A stretch of 64,000 bases of DNA, from positions 72,325 through 136,324 of the forward strand of contig JAHFCE010000006.1 in assembly GCA_023249675.1 (NCBI GenBank), read 5' to 3'. Below are positions 35,868 through 44,317 of the stretch, piece after piece. Position numbers and translations under genes: made by a program. The notes under the pieces were generated by a model. That model was not told the origin of the DNA, searched no databases, and saw nothing but the letters and a program-made list of their open reading frames with translations. This DNA is from Elusimicrobiota bacterium. Its GTDB lineage: Bacteria; Elusimicrobiota; Elusimicrobia; UBA1565; UBA9628. Positions within the stretch are counted from its first letter, which is position 1. Each line of letters begins with the position of its first letter.

Positions 35868-35890
35868 CTCGACAAAAAGTCGACAAAAAT
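35868..35890. repeat. tandem 11-nt repeat (C)TCGACAAAAAG / TCGACAAAAAT with phased A-tracts, followed by a T6 run
   Basis: Two adjacent copies, each containing a SalI-like GTCGAC/TCGAC palindrome and an A5 tract. They sit in the locally AT-rich segment just upstream of the tRNA. Confidence 0.4.
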
Positions 35891-35955
35891 TGTTTTTTAA
35901 GAGCCATTCCAAACGCTCATCACTCTTAAAAAGTAGTTATTAAATAAACACTTTC

Positions 35956-36029
35956 GCGGGTGTAGTTCAATGGTAGAACGAGAGCTTCCCAAGCTTTAGA
36001 CGTGGGTTCGATTCCCATCACCCGCTCCA
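35956..36029 (+). tRNA. tRNA-Gly (anticodon CCC)
   Basis: Manually folded cloverleaf. Acceptor GCGGGTG/CACCCGC, D-arm GTTC..GAAC, anticodon stem AGAGC/GCTTT with loop TTCCCAA (anticodon CCC), short 4-nt variable loop, T-arm GTGGG-TTCGATT-CCCAT and an encoded CCA. Confidence 0.9.
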
Positions 36030-36042
36030 ATTTATCCGCTAT

Positions 36043-38181
36043 TTGACCTACTCCATCCTCCTGACCGTCGGCTTGTGCGCCGGGTCTTCTTCGGCTCAAG
36101 CGCCCGAGGAGGCTCCGGCTGCGGTGTCCACCGCTTTCGCCGTCTCACCCACACCCATACCGCCCAACCCACTCGCCGCCAAGGCCCGCAACCTCTACTT
36201 CATAAGCGACGCACTCAAGGCGGCGGAAGCGTTCGAAGCCTCAATCAAGGTTTCGTCCGGAGACTGGCGCGTGTGGGCGGATGGCTCCGTGGCCTGGGCC
36301 GAGGCTGGGCGCCCGGACAAAGCCGTGGCCTGGCAGCGCCGCGCCGCGGCGCTCAATGACCAAGCCGAAACCCGCGTAGCCCTGGGCTGGGCGCTGCTGC
36401 GCGCCGCCAAGCCCGAGGCCGCCGACGCAGAGTTCGCGCACGCTCTCATCGCGGATTCCCAATCCTCGTTCGCGCTGCTTGGCGCAGGACGCGCGAAACT
36501 AGCGCTCGGCAAGCCGCGCGAGGCCGTCGAGCTGATGAGCCAGGCGGCTCAGGGCGCGCCCGGACAGTCGCTCGCCGACTACTACCTCGGCATGGCGTAT
36601 GAGAAACTCGGCGATGAAAATGCGGCCGCCGAAGCCTACCGGCGTGCCGTCGGCGCGGACAGCTACTTCTACGAGGGGCGCGGGACGCTCGCGCGTAGCT
36701 ACCTCCGCCAGCGGCGCTACAATGAGGCTTGGAAGCACCTGCAGAAGCTCGTTGAGGCTGATCCCGGCTCACGGCTCGCACGCGCGATGCTCAAGAAGGT
36801 CCGCCCGCTTCTCACGCGCTCAGCCGCCGCGGCGCCGGCTCCGGGCGCAGACCCCTTGCCCGCGACCGGGCCCGCGTGCGCAACCGAACCTGAAAACGGG
36901 AATGTGCCGATGCTCCGCGTCGGCATCTCCTCCACGCCGATGGGCCGGCCACGCCCGCGCCGGTCGGCGACGGTGCGCGGCAACGGCGCGTGGAGGGCCC
37001 TCGATCCAAAAACCGGCCGTGTCCTCCTCACCGCCGCGGCTGGCGAATCCTGGACCCTGCGTCTGATCCCGGCGAAAAAGACGAAAAAGACAAGCCGCGC
37101 GCGTCTCGAATTCCATTCCTCGGAAGGAAAGGTCGCCACCGTGCCGGAAGACAGCGTGAGGATCAAGCCTGCCGAGCCTGCGACCTCCGCGCTCACGCTC
37201 GAGGACGATCCGGAACACGCGCCGCGCGCGTTCCGAGGCGACCTCGAGCTGGCGTTGTTCGGCGGCCGCCGCACGATCCGCGTCGTCAACATCATCGGCC
37301 TCGAGGACTACACGCACGGCGTGGTCTCCGCCGAGATGCCCCAGCGGGCGCCGCTGGAGGCGCTCAAAGCCCAGGCGGTCGTCGCCCGCACGCACGCGCT
37401 GTTCATCAAGACCGTGACGAAGCGCCACCGCAGGGAAGGCTACGATGTGTGCGACGAGGAGCACTGCCAGGTGTACGGCGGCCTCCACGCGGAGACCGAG
37501 CGCACGCGCTCCGTCGTCGCCGACACGCGCGGCCGTGTGGCCGTCTATGACGGCAAGCCCGCGCACGTGATCTATTCCTCGCACTGCGGCGGCCGCACGC
37601 AGAGCGGCGTCGACATTGGCTGGGGCGATGTCCCGTACTGGAAAAGCGTATCGGACTCGCCCGTGTATGAGGCTCCGCCGGCCTCGCCGCTCGATCTGCG
37701 CCGCCTCCTGTCGGACTGGCCTAAAGGCTTCGACCGCCCCTCGAGCTACGTCTACCCCGCGCACGCGCGTTGGACACGCGCGATCCCGGCAAAGGATCTA
37801 GAAGAGAAACTGAACCGGAGGTTCAAACTCGGCCAGCTCCGCGGCCTGCGCGTCCTGCGCCGCGCCGTGTCGGGCCACGTCGAGTCCCTGCTCATCATCG
37901 GCTCCAAAAAGAACAAGAAGCTCAACGATGAGATGGACATCCGCAGCCTGCTCGGCGTCGGAGCTTTGCGCAGCACGATGTTCATCGTGGACACCGAGTA
38001 CCGCAAGGCCGGCCCGCGAGCGCTCGTGCCCGAGACCTTCGTCTTCCGCGGCGGCGGCTGGGGCCACGCGGTCGGCCTGTGCCAGTCGGGTGCCATGGGC
38101 CGCGCCGAGGCCGGGCAGAACTACGAGACCATCGTGAAGGCCTACTTCTCGGGCGTCGAGATCGGCAAGCTTGGCTACTGA
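36043..38181 (+). CDS. SpoIID/LytB domain protein with N-terminal TPR repeats (putative amidase enhancer / cell-wall remodelling)
   Basis: C-terminal SpoIID motifs YSSHCGGRT and GGGWGHAVGLCQSGA. The N-terminal third has TPR-like helical repeats. Signal peptide present. The only in-frame start near the 5' end is TTG at 36043, 13 nt after the tRNA. Confidence 0.8.
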   Translation: MTYSILLTVGLCAGSSSAQAPEEAPAAVSTAFAVSPTPIPPNPLAAKARNLYFISDALKAAEAFEASIKVSSGDWRVWADGSVAWAEAGRPDKAVAWQRRAAALNDQAETRVALGWALLRAAKPEAADAEFAHALIADSQSSFALLGAGRAKLALGKPREAVELMSQAAQGAPGQSLADYYLGMAYEKLGDENAAAEAYRRAVGADSYFYEGRGTLARSYLRQRRYNEAWKHLQKLVEADPGSRLARAMLKKVRPLLTRSAAAAPAPGADPLPATGPACATEPENGNVPMLRVGISSTPMGRPRPRRSATVRGNGAWRALDPKTGRVLLTAAAGESWTLRLIPAKKTKKTSRARLEFHSSEGKVATVPEDSVRIKPAEPATSALTLEDDPEHAPRAFRGDLELALFGGRRTIRVVNIIGLEDYTHGVVSAEMPQRAPLEALKAQAVVARTHALFIKTVTKRHRREGYDVCDEEHCQVYGGLHAETERTRSVVADTRGRVAVYDGKPAHVIYSSHCGGRTQSGVDIGWGDVPYWKSVSDSPVYEAPPASPLDLRRLLSDWPKGFDRPSSYVYPAHARWTRAIPAKDLEEKLNRRFKLGQLRGLRVLRRAVSGHVESLLIIGSKKNKKLNDEMDIRSLLGVGALRSTMFIVDTEYRKAGPRALVPETFVFRGGGWGHAVGLCQSGAMGRAEAGQNYETIVKAYFSGVEIGKLGY

Positions 38182-38230
38182 CCGGACCGCGTCTTGTTTC
38201 ATCGATAAAGATGGGCTATCCTCAGTGACC

Positions 38231-38881
38231 ATGCGACGCCTCCTTCTCGCTTCCGCTGTTTTGGCGCTCGCCGCGTGCCGTGGCACCGCGCCCGAGCGCG
38301 ACGCACCGCCCGAGCAGGCGATCTCCGCGATCCTGATCGGCTGCAGGACGATCCTGCCCTCCGGCGAGACGCGCAACGGCAGGATCGCGGTCAATTTCGA
38401 GAGCGACGGCGGCCGAGCGGCCGAGGTGTACCGCCTGCCGCTCGCCGGCGGGGAGAATTACCTCTACCTCATCGAACCCGGGACCTACCGCATCGCGCCG
38501 ACACGCTCAATCTTCGGCTTTTCCCAGCCCGTCCTGAGCATCGTCATCGAGGGCCGCGCGTATTCGTTGCCGTTCCCGCGCGACCTTCTGCGCCAGCACG
38601 CGTACGAGATCAAGCCCGGCAAGATCACATCCATGGGCTCCCTTGAGGCCCAGGTGATGCCGACCCTGCCCGGGCAGAAGCCGACGATCCGCGTGCGGCT
38701 CGATGACAGCACTCAAGCCCGACGCAGCGTCGTGCAAAGCACGATCCGGGACATGATGGACCCGCGCAAGCCGAGCAAGGTGCGTGAAAGCGCGATCGCG
38801 TGGAGCCGGGCGCTGCAGACGAGCCTCATGGACCTCCTCGCCGAAGAAGAGCAGCGCCAGCTCTACAAACCGGCGCAATAA
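38231..38881 (+). CDS. hypothetical lipoprotein
   Basis: Signal peptide with lipobox MRRLLLASAVLALAAC. 216 aa, globular, no family recognised. Confidence 0.55.
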   Translation: MRRLLLASAVLALAACRGTAPERDAPPEQAISAILIGCRTILPSGETRNGRIAVNFESDGGRAAEVYRLPLAGGENYLYLIEPGTYRIAPTRSIFGFSQPVLSIVIEGRAYSLPFPRDLLRQHAYEIKPGKITSMGSLEAQVMPTLPGQKPTIRVRLDDSTQARRSVVQSTIRDMMDPRKPSKVRESAIAWSRALQTSLMDLLAEEEQRQLYKPAQ

Positions 38882-39657
38882 TGACCGCCCGCCTGGGTGT
38901 GGACTTGGGTGCCACCTGGCTGCGCGCCTGCTTATCGGATGGAACAAGAGCGCTTTGGACCGAGCGAACACGCGCGACCGCTTGGCGCGATGCACCCGCA
39001 GCACTTCGCGCGATACTGAAGAGACGCGGCCTGCGGCATATGGACGAACTCACGCTCGGCGGCACGCGCCTCGGCGGCGAGAAAGGACGCGCGGCGCTGA
39101 CGAAACTTCTGAAGCCACTCGCGACCCTTGTGGACGTCGTGCCTGATTTCGAGATCGCCCATCGCGCGGCCTTCGGCTCTGGGCCCGGCGTCTTGCTCGT
39201 GGCAAGCACGGGTTCGGTCGCGTTCGCTCGCGGCGCGGACGGGAAGTCCCGGCGAGCGGGGGGATATGGGCCTCTGCTGGGCGACGAGGGCTCCGGCTTC
39301 TGGCTTGGGAAGATGGCCGCGCTCGATGCACCACTCCGCCGCGAATTGCGCCTGCCCGGACCGCTCGCGCTCGCGCATGCGGATGATCCCGTGCGCGCCA
39401 CCGCAGCACTCGCGCCAAAAATCCTGCGCGCCCGATCCGCCCGCGCGCGCCGCCTACGCGAGGACGCCGCCGATTATCTCGCGGCACTCGCGGCCGAAGC
39501 GGCAAAAGAACTTGTCCTGCCGCGCCCGATTCCGCTCGCGCTGCATGGCGGCCTCTTCCAGGACGCGGGCTTGAAGAAAGCGGTGCTCCGCCGTCTAAGA
39601 GAAGTCGTCCTCGTCGCACCCCGCGTCAGCGCCGAACGCGCCGCAGCCGGTCTTTAG
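38881..39657 (+). CDS. BadF/BadG/BcrA/BcrD-type ATPase (N-acetylglucosamine kinase-like, ASKHA fold)
   Basis: N-terminal phosphate-1 motif LGVDLGATWLR, a later GSGPGVLLVASTGS block and GDEGSGFWLG (the ASKHA adenosine motif). Confidence 0.7.
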   Translation: MTARLGVDLGATWLRACLSDGTRALWTERTRATAWRDAPAALRAILKRRGLRHMDELTLGGTRLGGEKGRAALTKLLKPLATLVDVVPDFEIAHRAAFGSGPGVLLVASTGSVAFARGADGKSRRAGGYGPLLGDEGSGFWLGKMAALDAPLRRELRLPGPLALAHADDPVRATAALAPKILRARSARARRLREDAADYLAALAAEAAKELVLPRPIPLALHGGLFQDAGLKKAVLRRLREVVLVAPRVSAERAAAGL

Positions 39658-39675
39658 TTTTTATAGAATAGCGCC

Positions 39676-40143
39676 ATGATCATCGCCCTCGGCTGCGACC
39701 ACGCCGGATTTCCTCTCAAGAAACTCGCGCAGGCTTGGCTTGAAAAAATGGGCCACAAGGTCCTGAACCTCGGAGTGGACACCGATGCCGTCCCGGCCGA
39801 CTACCCCGATTACGCGCGCGCCGTCGCGGAGGCCGTCGCGTCGGGCAAGGCTGAGCGCGGCGTCGTCGTGTGCGGCTCCGGCGTGGGTGCGACGATCGCG
39901 GCGAACAAGGTTCCCGGCGTGCGCTCTTGCATGTGCCACGACACTTTCTCCGCGCGCCAGGGTGTGGAGGATGACGACATGAACGTGCTCTGCCTGGGCG
40001 GACGGATCATCGGCTCGGAACTCGCGCGCGAAGTTCTTAGTTCCTTCCTCAGCGCAAAATTTTCCAGGCTCGACCGTCATCAGCGCCGCAAGGATAAAGT
40101 CACCGCCATCGAACGGACCTATTCGAAGGAGGCCCTGAAGTGA
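39676..40143 (+). CDS. rpiB: ribose-5-phosphate isomerase B
   Basis: RpiB motifs IALGCDHAG and VVCGSGVGATIAANK (Cys nucleophile). 155 aa. Confidence 0.9.
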   Translation: MIIALGCDHAGFPLKKLAQAWLEKMGHKVLNLGVDTDAVPADYPDYARAVAEAVASGKAERGVVVCGSGVGATIAANKVPGVRSCMCHDTFSARQGVEDDDMNVLCLGGRIIGSELAREVLSSFLSAKFSRLDRHQRRKDKVTAIERTYSKEALK

Positions 40144-42944
40144 CCCATAATCGCCTGCGCGATCTGCACCGCTTCGGCGTCTCCGTCTGGTACGACTATG
40201 TCTCCCGCTCCTTGATCTCCTCCGGCGAACTCAAGCGCCTTATCGAGGAAGACGGCGTGCGCGGCGTCACCTCGAACCCGACCATCTTCGAAAAGGCGAT
40301 CGGCGGCTCCTCCGACTACGATGACGCCATCCGGGCCCACGCCAAGCCCGGCGCGACTCCGACCGAGCTGTTCGAAAGGCTCGCCGTGTCGGACATCCAA
40401 GCGGCCTGCGATCTGTTCCGCCCCCTGTATGAGCAGAGCAAGGCCGGCGACGGCTTCGTGTCCCTCGAAGTCTCGCCCGTCCTCGCGCGGGACTCGTCTG
40501 GAACGGCGGCCGAAGGTCTGCGTCTGTGGGCCGCCGTCGCGCGGCCGAACCTCATGATCAAAGTGCCCGGCACAACCGAGGGCCTCAAGGCGTTCGAGGA
40601 CTTAACCGCCGAAGGCGTCTCGGTCAACGTGACCTTGCTGTTCTCGCTCGAGCGCTACGCCGCCGTCGCCGAGGCCTACCTGAAAGGCCTCGAACGCCGC
40701 GCCGCCGCCGGCCAGGATCTTTCGCGGGTCGCGTCGGTCGCGAGCTTCTTCGTCAGCCGCGTGGACAGCGCCATCGACGCGATTCTTGAGAAACGCCTGG
40801 AACCGGAGGCAAAGACCTTGCTGGGTAAGGCCGCGATCGCAAACGCCAAGCTGGCCTATCAGCACGGCAAAAAAGTATTTTCATCCGCGCGCTTCGGCAA
40901 GCTCAAGAGCAAGGGCGCGCTTGCCCAACGCCTGCTGTGGGCCTCGACCGGCACGAAGAACCCTCGCTATCGCGATACCCTCTACGTCGAGGAGCTCATC
41001 GGGCCCGACACCGTGAACACCATGCCGCCCGCGACCGTGGATGCCTACCGCTCTCACGGCACCGGACGGCCGAGCATCGAAGAGAACGTCTCCGAGGCGC
41101 GCGCGCAATGGGATGCCCTGCCGCGCTTCGGCGTGGACCGCGACCAAATCATGGTCAAGCTCGAGGAAGAGGGTCTCGCGTCCTTCTCGAAGTCTTTTGA
41201 GACATTGATGGGGAAGCTCGCAACCAAGCGCGCCTTGCTGGAGGCCGAAAACGCCGCCATGGATGCGGGCTTAGCCGAGCTCGAAGCCGCGCGCTTCTCC
41301 GAACGCTTGTGGGCCAAAGACCCCTCGATCTGGAAGGACGCCCAGGAGCACCGAAAGCTGATCCGCCATGCGCTCGGCTGGCTTGACGCGCCGATCGCCT
41401 CGGGCGCAGCGCTCGGACCCGCGAGAGCTTTCGCCGAGGCCGCCGCCGCGGAGGGCTTCCGCGCGGCCGTCGTGCTCGGCATGGGAGGCAGCAGCCTGTG
41501 CGTCGAGGTTCTGCGCTCCGTGTTCGGCTCTGCTCCCGGCCGCCTCGAGCTGCTGACGCTCGATTCCACGCACCCCGACGCGGTTGAAGCACTCGCCAAG
41601 CGCCTTGACCTCGACAAAACTTTGTTCATCGTCGCGAGCAAGTCCGGCGCAACCCTCGAGCCGAACGCCTTCTTCGACTACTTCTGGCAGCTGTGCGCGC
41701 GCCGCCCCGGCGCTGCGCCCGGGCGGCAGTTCGTCGCGATCACCGACGCCGGCACGTCGCTCGACAAGATGTCGCGCGAACGGAGCTTCCGCAAGACGTT
41801 CCTGAACCCGTCCGACGTCGGCGGCCGCTTCTCGGCGCTGACTTTGTTCGGCCTCGTGCCCGCCGCGCTCGCCGGCATCGACGCCGGGGAGCTGCTCTCT
41901 CGCGCGCGCCAGGCCGCGGCGACGTTTTCACCGCGGACGCCGACGCGGGACAATCCCGCCCTGCGCCTGGGCGCCTTCATCGGCCGCCACGCGCGCGAGG
42001 GCCGCGACAAGCTCACGCTCATCCTGCCGCCGTCGCTTGAAACGTTCGGCCTGTGGATCGAGCAGCTCGTGGCGGAATCCACGGGCAAGGAGGGCCGCGG
42101 CATCCTGCCCGTGACGGGCGAACCTCTAGGCGCGCCGTCCGCGTACGCCCGCGACCGCGCATTCGTACGTCTGACGCTGAAGGGCCACCCGGAACCCGCC
42201 GTCGATGCGGCGCTGATGGCACTCGAGCAGGCGGGCCACCCCGTTTTACGGCTTGAGCTCGCCGATCCCCTCGATCTCGGCGCGCAGTTCCTGCTGTGGG
42301 AAGTCGCCGTCGCGGCCGCGGGCTTCCTGCTGAAGATAAATCCGTTTGATCAGCCCGACGTTCAAACGGCGAAAAACAAAACAAAAGAATTCTTAAACGG
42401 ATCCAAGGGCGCGCCGGAAAAGGCGGACTTCCGCGCCGGCGGCCTCTCCGCCTTTTGCGACGCGGGACTTGCCTCCGCGCTCAAGGCCGACGCCGGCCAG
42501 AACCGGCCGCTGCGCGAGGTGCTCGCCGCGCATCTGTCCCGAGTCAAGACCGGGGACTACGTCGCGGTGCTGGCGTTTATCGCCGAGACCGACAAAAGCC
42601 GCCGCTTGATCGAAGAAGTCCGCCAAGGCGTGCGCGCGCGCACCGCGGCACCGGTCACGGTCTCGTGGGGGCCGCGCTACCTCCACTCGACAGGCCAGTT
42701 TCATAAAGGCGGCCCCGACACGGGTGTATTTTTGGTGCTCGGCGAAGCCGAGCAGACCAAGCTGGCCGTACCCGGCAAGCCGTTCTCCTTCGGAGAGCTG
42801 TGCCGCGCCCAGGAAAAGGGGGACGCCGCCGCGATGCTGTCGGCGGGACGCCGCCTGCTGCACATTGAATTGAGCGGCGCGACGGACGAGGGCCTGCACG
42901 CGCTCTTAAACGCGCTCTCCGATACGACGGCGGCCGCGCGATGA
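40140..42944 (+). CDS. bifunctional transaldolase / glucose-6-phosphate isomerase (fused tal-pgi)
   Basis: N-terminal about 360 aa are transaldolase-like (GVTSNPTIF; the Schiff-base Lys region MIKVPGT). C-terminal about 560 aa are PGI-like SIS domains (GMGGSSL ... SKSGATLE). Confidence 0.85.
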   Translation: MTHNRLRDLHRFGVSVWYDYVSRSLISSGELKRLIEEDGVRGVTSNPTIFEKAIGGSSDYDDAIRAHAKPGATPTELFERLAVSDIQAACDLFRPLYEQSKAGDGFVSLEVSPVLARDSSGTAAEGLRLWAAVARPNLMIKVPGTTEGLKAFEDLTAEGVSVNVTLLFSLERYAAVAEAYLKGLERRAAAGQDLSRVASVASFFVSRVDSAIDAILEKRLEPEAKTLLGKAAIANAKLAYQHGKKVFSSARFGKLKSKGALAQRLLWASTGTKNPRYRDTLYVEELIGPDTVNTMPPATVDAYRSHGTGRPSIEENVSEARAQWDALPRFGVDRDQIMVKLEEEGLASFSKSFETLMGKLATKRALLEAENAAMDAGLAELEAARFSERLWAKDPSIWKDAQEHRKLIRHALGWLDAPIASGAALGPARAFAEAAAAEGFRAAVVLGMGGSSLCVEVLRSVFGSAPGRLELLTLDSTHPDAVEALAKRLDLDKTLFIVASKSGATLEPNAFFDYFWQLCARRPGAAPGRQFVAITDAGTSLDKMSRERSFRKTFLNPSDVGGRFSALTLFGLVPAALAGIDAGELLSRARQAAATFSPRTPTRDNPALRLGAFIGRHAREGRDKLTLILPPSLETFGLWIEQLVAESTGKEGRGILPVTGEPLGAPSAYARDRAFVRLTLKGHPEPAVDAALMALEQAGHPVLRLELADPLDLGAQFLLWEVAVAAAGFLLKINPFDQPDVQTAKNKTKEFLNGSKGAPEKADFRAGGLSAFCDAGLASALKADAGQNRPLREVLAAHLSRVKTGDYVAVLAFIAETDKSRRLIEEVRQGVRARTAAPVTVSWGPRYLHSTGQFHKGGPDTGVFLVLGEAEQTKLAVPGKPFSFGELCRAQEKGDAAAMLSAGRRLLHIELSGATDEGLHALLNALSDTTAAAR

Positions 42945-43483
42945 TCTCGCCTCAGGCCCTCCGGGCTCGGACCGCGAAGGCCCGCCTCGTGCTGACCGAT
43001 ATCGACGGGGTCCTGACGGGGGGAACGATCTATCACTTCGTCGACACCTCGGGCGAACTCGTCGAGTTCAAGGGCATGCACGCCCAGGACTCGATCGCGA
43101 TGGCGTGGCTGGCCGAGTCCGGCCTGACCACCGGCGTGATCAGCGGACGCGTGTCCAAAGGCATGGAGGCGCGCTTGACAATGCTCAAGGTCAAGCACAT
43201 CTATCAGCATCGCCTCGATAAGGCCGCGGTGCTCGCCGAGATTATGGCCGCGGAAAAAATGACAAAAGATCAAATCGTCTACATCGGCGACGATATCCCC
43301 GACCTCGCCGCCATGTCCCGCGTCGGCCTGGCCGTCGCACCCGCCAACGCGCGGCCCGAGGTGAAGGCCGCCGCGCACTGGGTCACGAAGGCGAGCGGGG
43401 GCGACGGCGCGTTTCGCGAGCTCGTCGAGGTTATCCTGAAAAGCCAAGGACTCTGGGACGCCCTCATCGCGAAGTACCTTTAA
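42941..43483 (+). CDS. kdsC: HAD-superfamily KdsC-type phosphatase (3-deoxy-D-manno-octulosonate 8-phosphate phosphatase-like)
   Basis: HAD motif I LTDIDGVLTGG, typical about 180-aa KdsC length and a conserved GDDIPDL motif. ATGA overlap with the tal-pgi stop. Confidence 0.75.
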   Translation: MISPQALRARTAKARLVLTDIDGVLTGGTIYHFVDTSGELVEFKGMHAQDSIAMAWLAESGLTTGVISGRVSKGMEARLTMLKVKHIYQHRLDKAAVLAEIMAAEKMTKDQIVYIGDDIPDLAAMSRVGLAVAPANARPEVKAAAHWVTKASGGDGAFRELVEVILKSQGLWDALIAKYL

Positions 43484-43530
43484 TCCGTTGACGCGGGCCC
43501 CGGACCCACGCTAGAATCGGAGCGGACACC

Positions 43531-44244
43531 ATGATCGATCTCTTCGGCCTCGGCAAGCAGCAGGACCCCCAAGAACCTCGAGCGCCTTCAGAGCCCCCGT
43601 CTCCGTCCGAACCCTCGGTGAGGACGCCGGCGCCGCACGGTTCGCACAAGCTCTGGGCCTTTCTGCTCGTGCTCGATTCCGTGTTCGTAATCATATTTGC
43701 CGGTGCTGTGACTGCGAAGGTGTACCAGCACTGGAAGGCTCCCGTGATCGCGCCCGCGCGGATCGCTCGCCGCCGACCCGCGAAGACCGCGCCCGCGGCT
43801 GTCCCCGTCGCGGCACCCGCAGCCGCCCCCGTTGCAACGTCCGCGCCCAGCCCGACTCCAGAACCATCGAAACCCGCTGCCATTGCGCCGCGCCCGCCCA
43901 AGCCCTCGATGCTCACGGAAGCGCCCAAACGCCGCGAAACGCCGAAACTCGCAGCACCTCCCGCAAAAGCGGACGACCGCGCCATAGGGCCTGGAAAGAT
44001 CAAGGCACTGCGCACCGAGTTCAGGGTCCATGCGCCTCAAGCGAAGGCCGTTGAGCTTGTCGGCGCGTTCATCGTTCGCGGCGGGCGCAAGGAGATGACC
44101 CGCCAAGACGACGGCGCGTGGACTGTCACGCTGTACCTCAATCCCGGCTCCTACCGCTATTTCTTCTTCGTGGACAAGAAAAAGCAGATGGACCCCGAAA
44201 ACCCGCACTCGGAAAAAGGCGCCTCCCTCCTGACCATACCCTAA
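43531..44244 (+). CDS. hypothetical single-pass membrane protein with Pro/Ala-rich linker and C-terminal CBM48/AMPK-beta-like glycogen-binding domain
   Basis: TM helix LWAFLLVLDSVFVIIFAGAV. C-terminal about 90 aa show the CBM48-like pattern (FRVHAP.A..VELVG.F....R.EM.R.DDG.WTVTL.L.PG.Y.Y.F.VD). Confidence 0.55.
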   Translation: MIDLFGLGKQQDPQEPRAPSEPPSPSEPSVRTPAPHGSHKLWAFLLVLDSVFVIIFAGAVTAKVYQHWKAPVIAPARIARRRPAKTAPAAVPVAAPAAAPVATSAPSPTPEPSKPAAIAPRPPKPSMLTEAPKRRETPKLAAPPAKADDRAIGPGKIKALRTEFRVHAPQAKAVELVGAFIVRGGRKEMTRQDDGAWTVTLYLNPGSYRYFFFVDKKKQMDPENPHSEKGASLLTIP

Positions 44245-44317
44245 AAGAGGGTAAGCCTTCTGTATTGATTTCGTAACAGGTCCTCGTTACACTCTTTTGA
44301 GCGCGGGCCCCAGTTCC

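Noticed and set aside
35627-35875. 82-aa minus-strand ORF overlapping the 3' end of the nucleotidyltransferase-fold gene and the orphan promoter region
   Set aside because: No conserved features. It overlaps a better-supported gene, and the remainder lies in AT-rich non-coding-looking DNA.
35868-35890. Possible CRISPR or other array from the repeated TCGACAAAAA unit
   Set aside because: There are only two adjacent copies with an A-tract spacer, no regular spacer-repeat structure and no cas genes. It is treated as a short tandem repeat or bent-DNA element instead.
33230-35960. Annotating the islet as an integrative mobile element with an integrase or att sites at the tRNA
   Set aside because: No integrase, recombinase or transposase gene is present. 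The islet lies 5' of the tRNA rather than at its 3' end, and no copy of the tRNA 3' segment was found at the far boundary. Only short 11-bp repeats around the second module were seen.
36820-37764. Long antisense ORFs rich in Arg/Ala/Pro/Gly (for example 36820-37764 minus, 47681-48655 minus, 24010-24753 minus, 20250-21044 minus, 58313-59809 minus, 2457-3719 plus)
   Set aside because: These are compositional artefacts of a high-GC genome on the strand opposite to, or frame-shifted from, clearly conserved genes. Their translations are low-complexity R/A/G/P strings with no domain features.
44245-44305. Imperfect inverted repeat AAAAGAGGGTAAGCC ... TCGTTACACTCTTTTGA between the CBM48-like gene and the giant gene
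   Set aside because: The arms match only about 11 of 15 with an indel, and no T-run follows. It could be a weak attenuator, but the evidence is insufficient to call a terminator or riboswitch.
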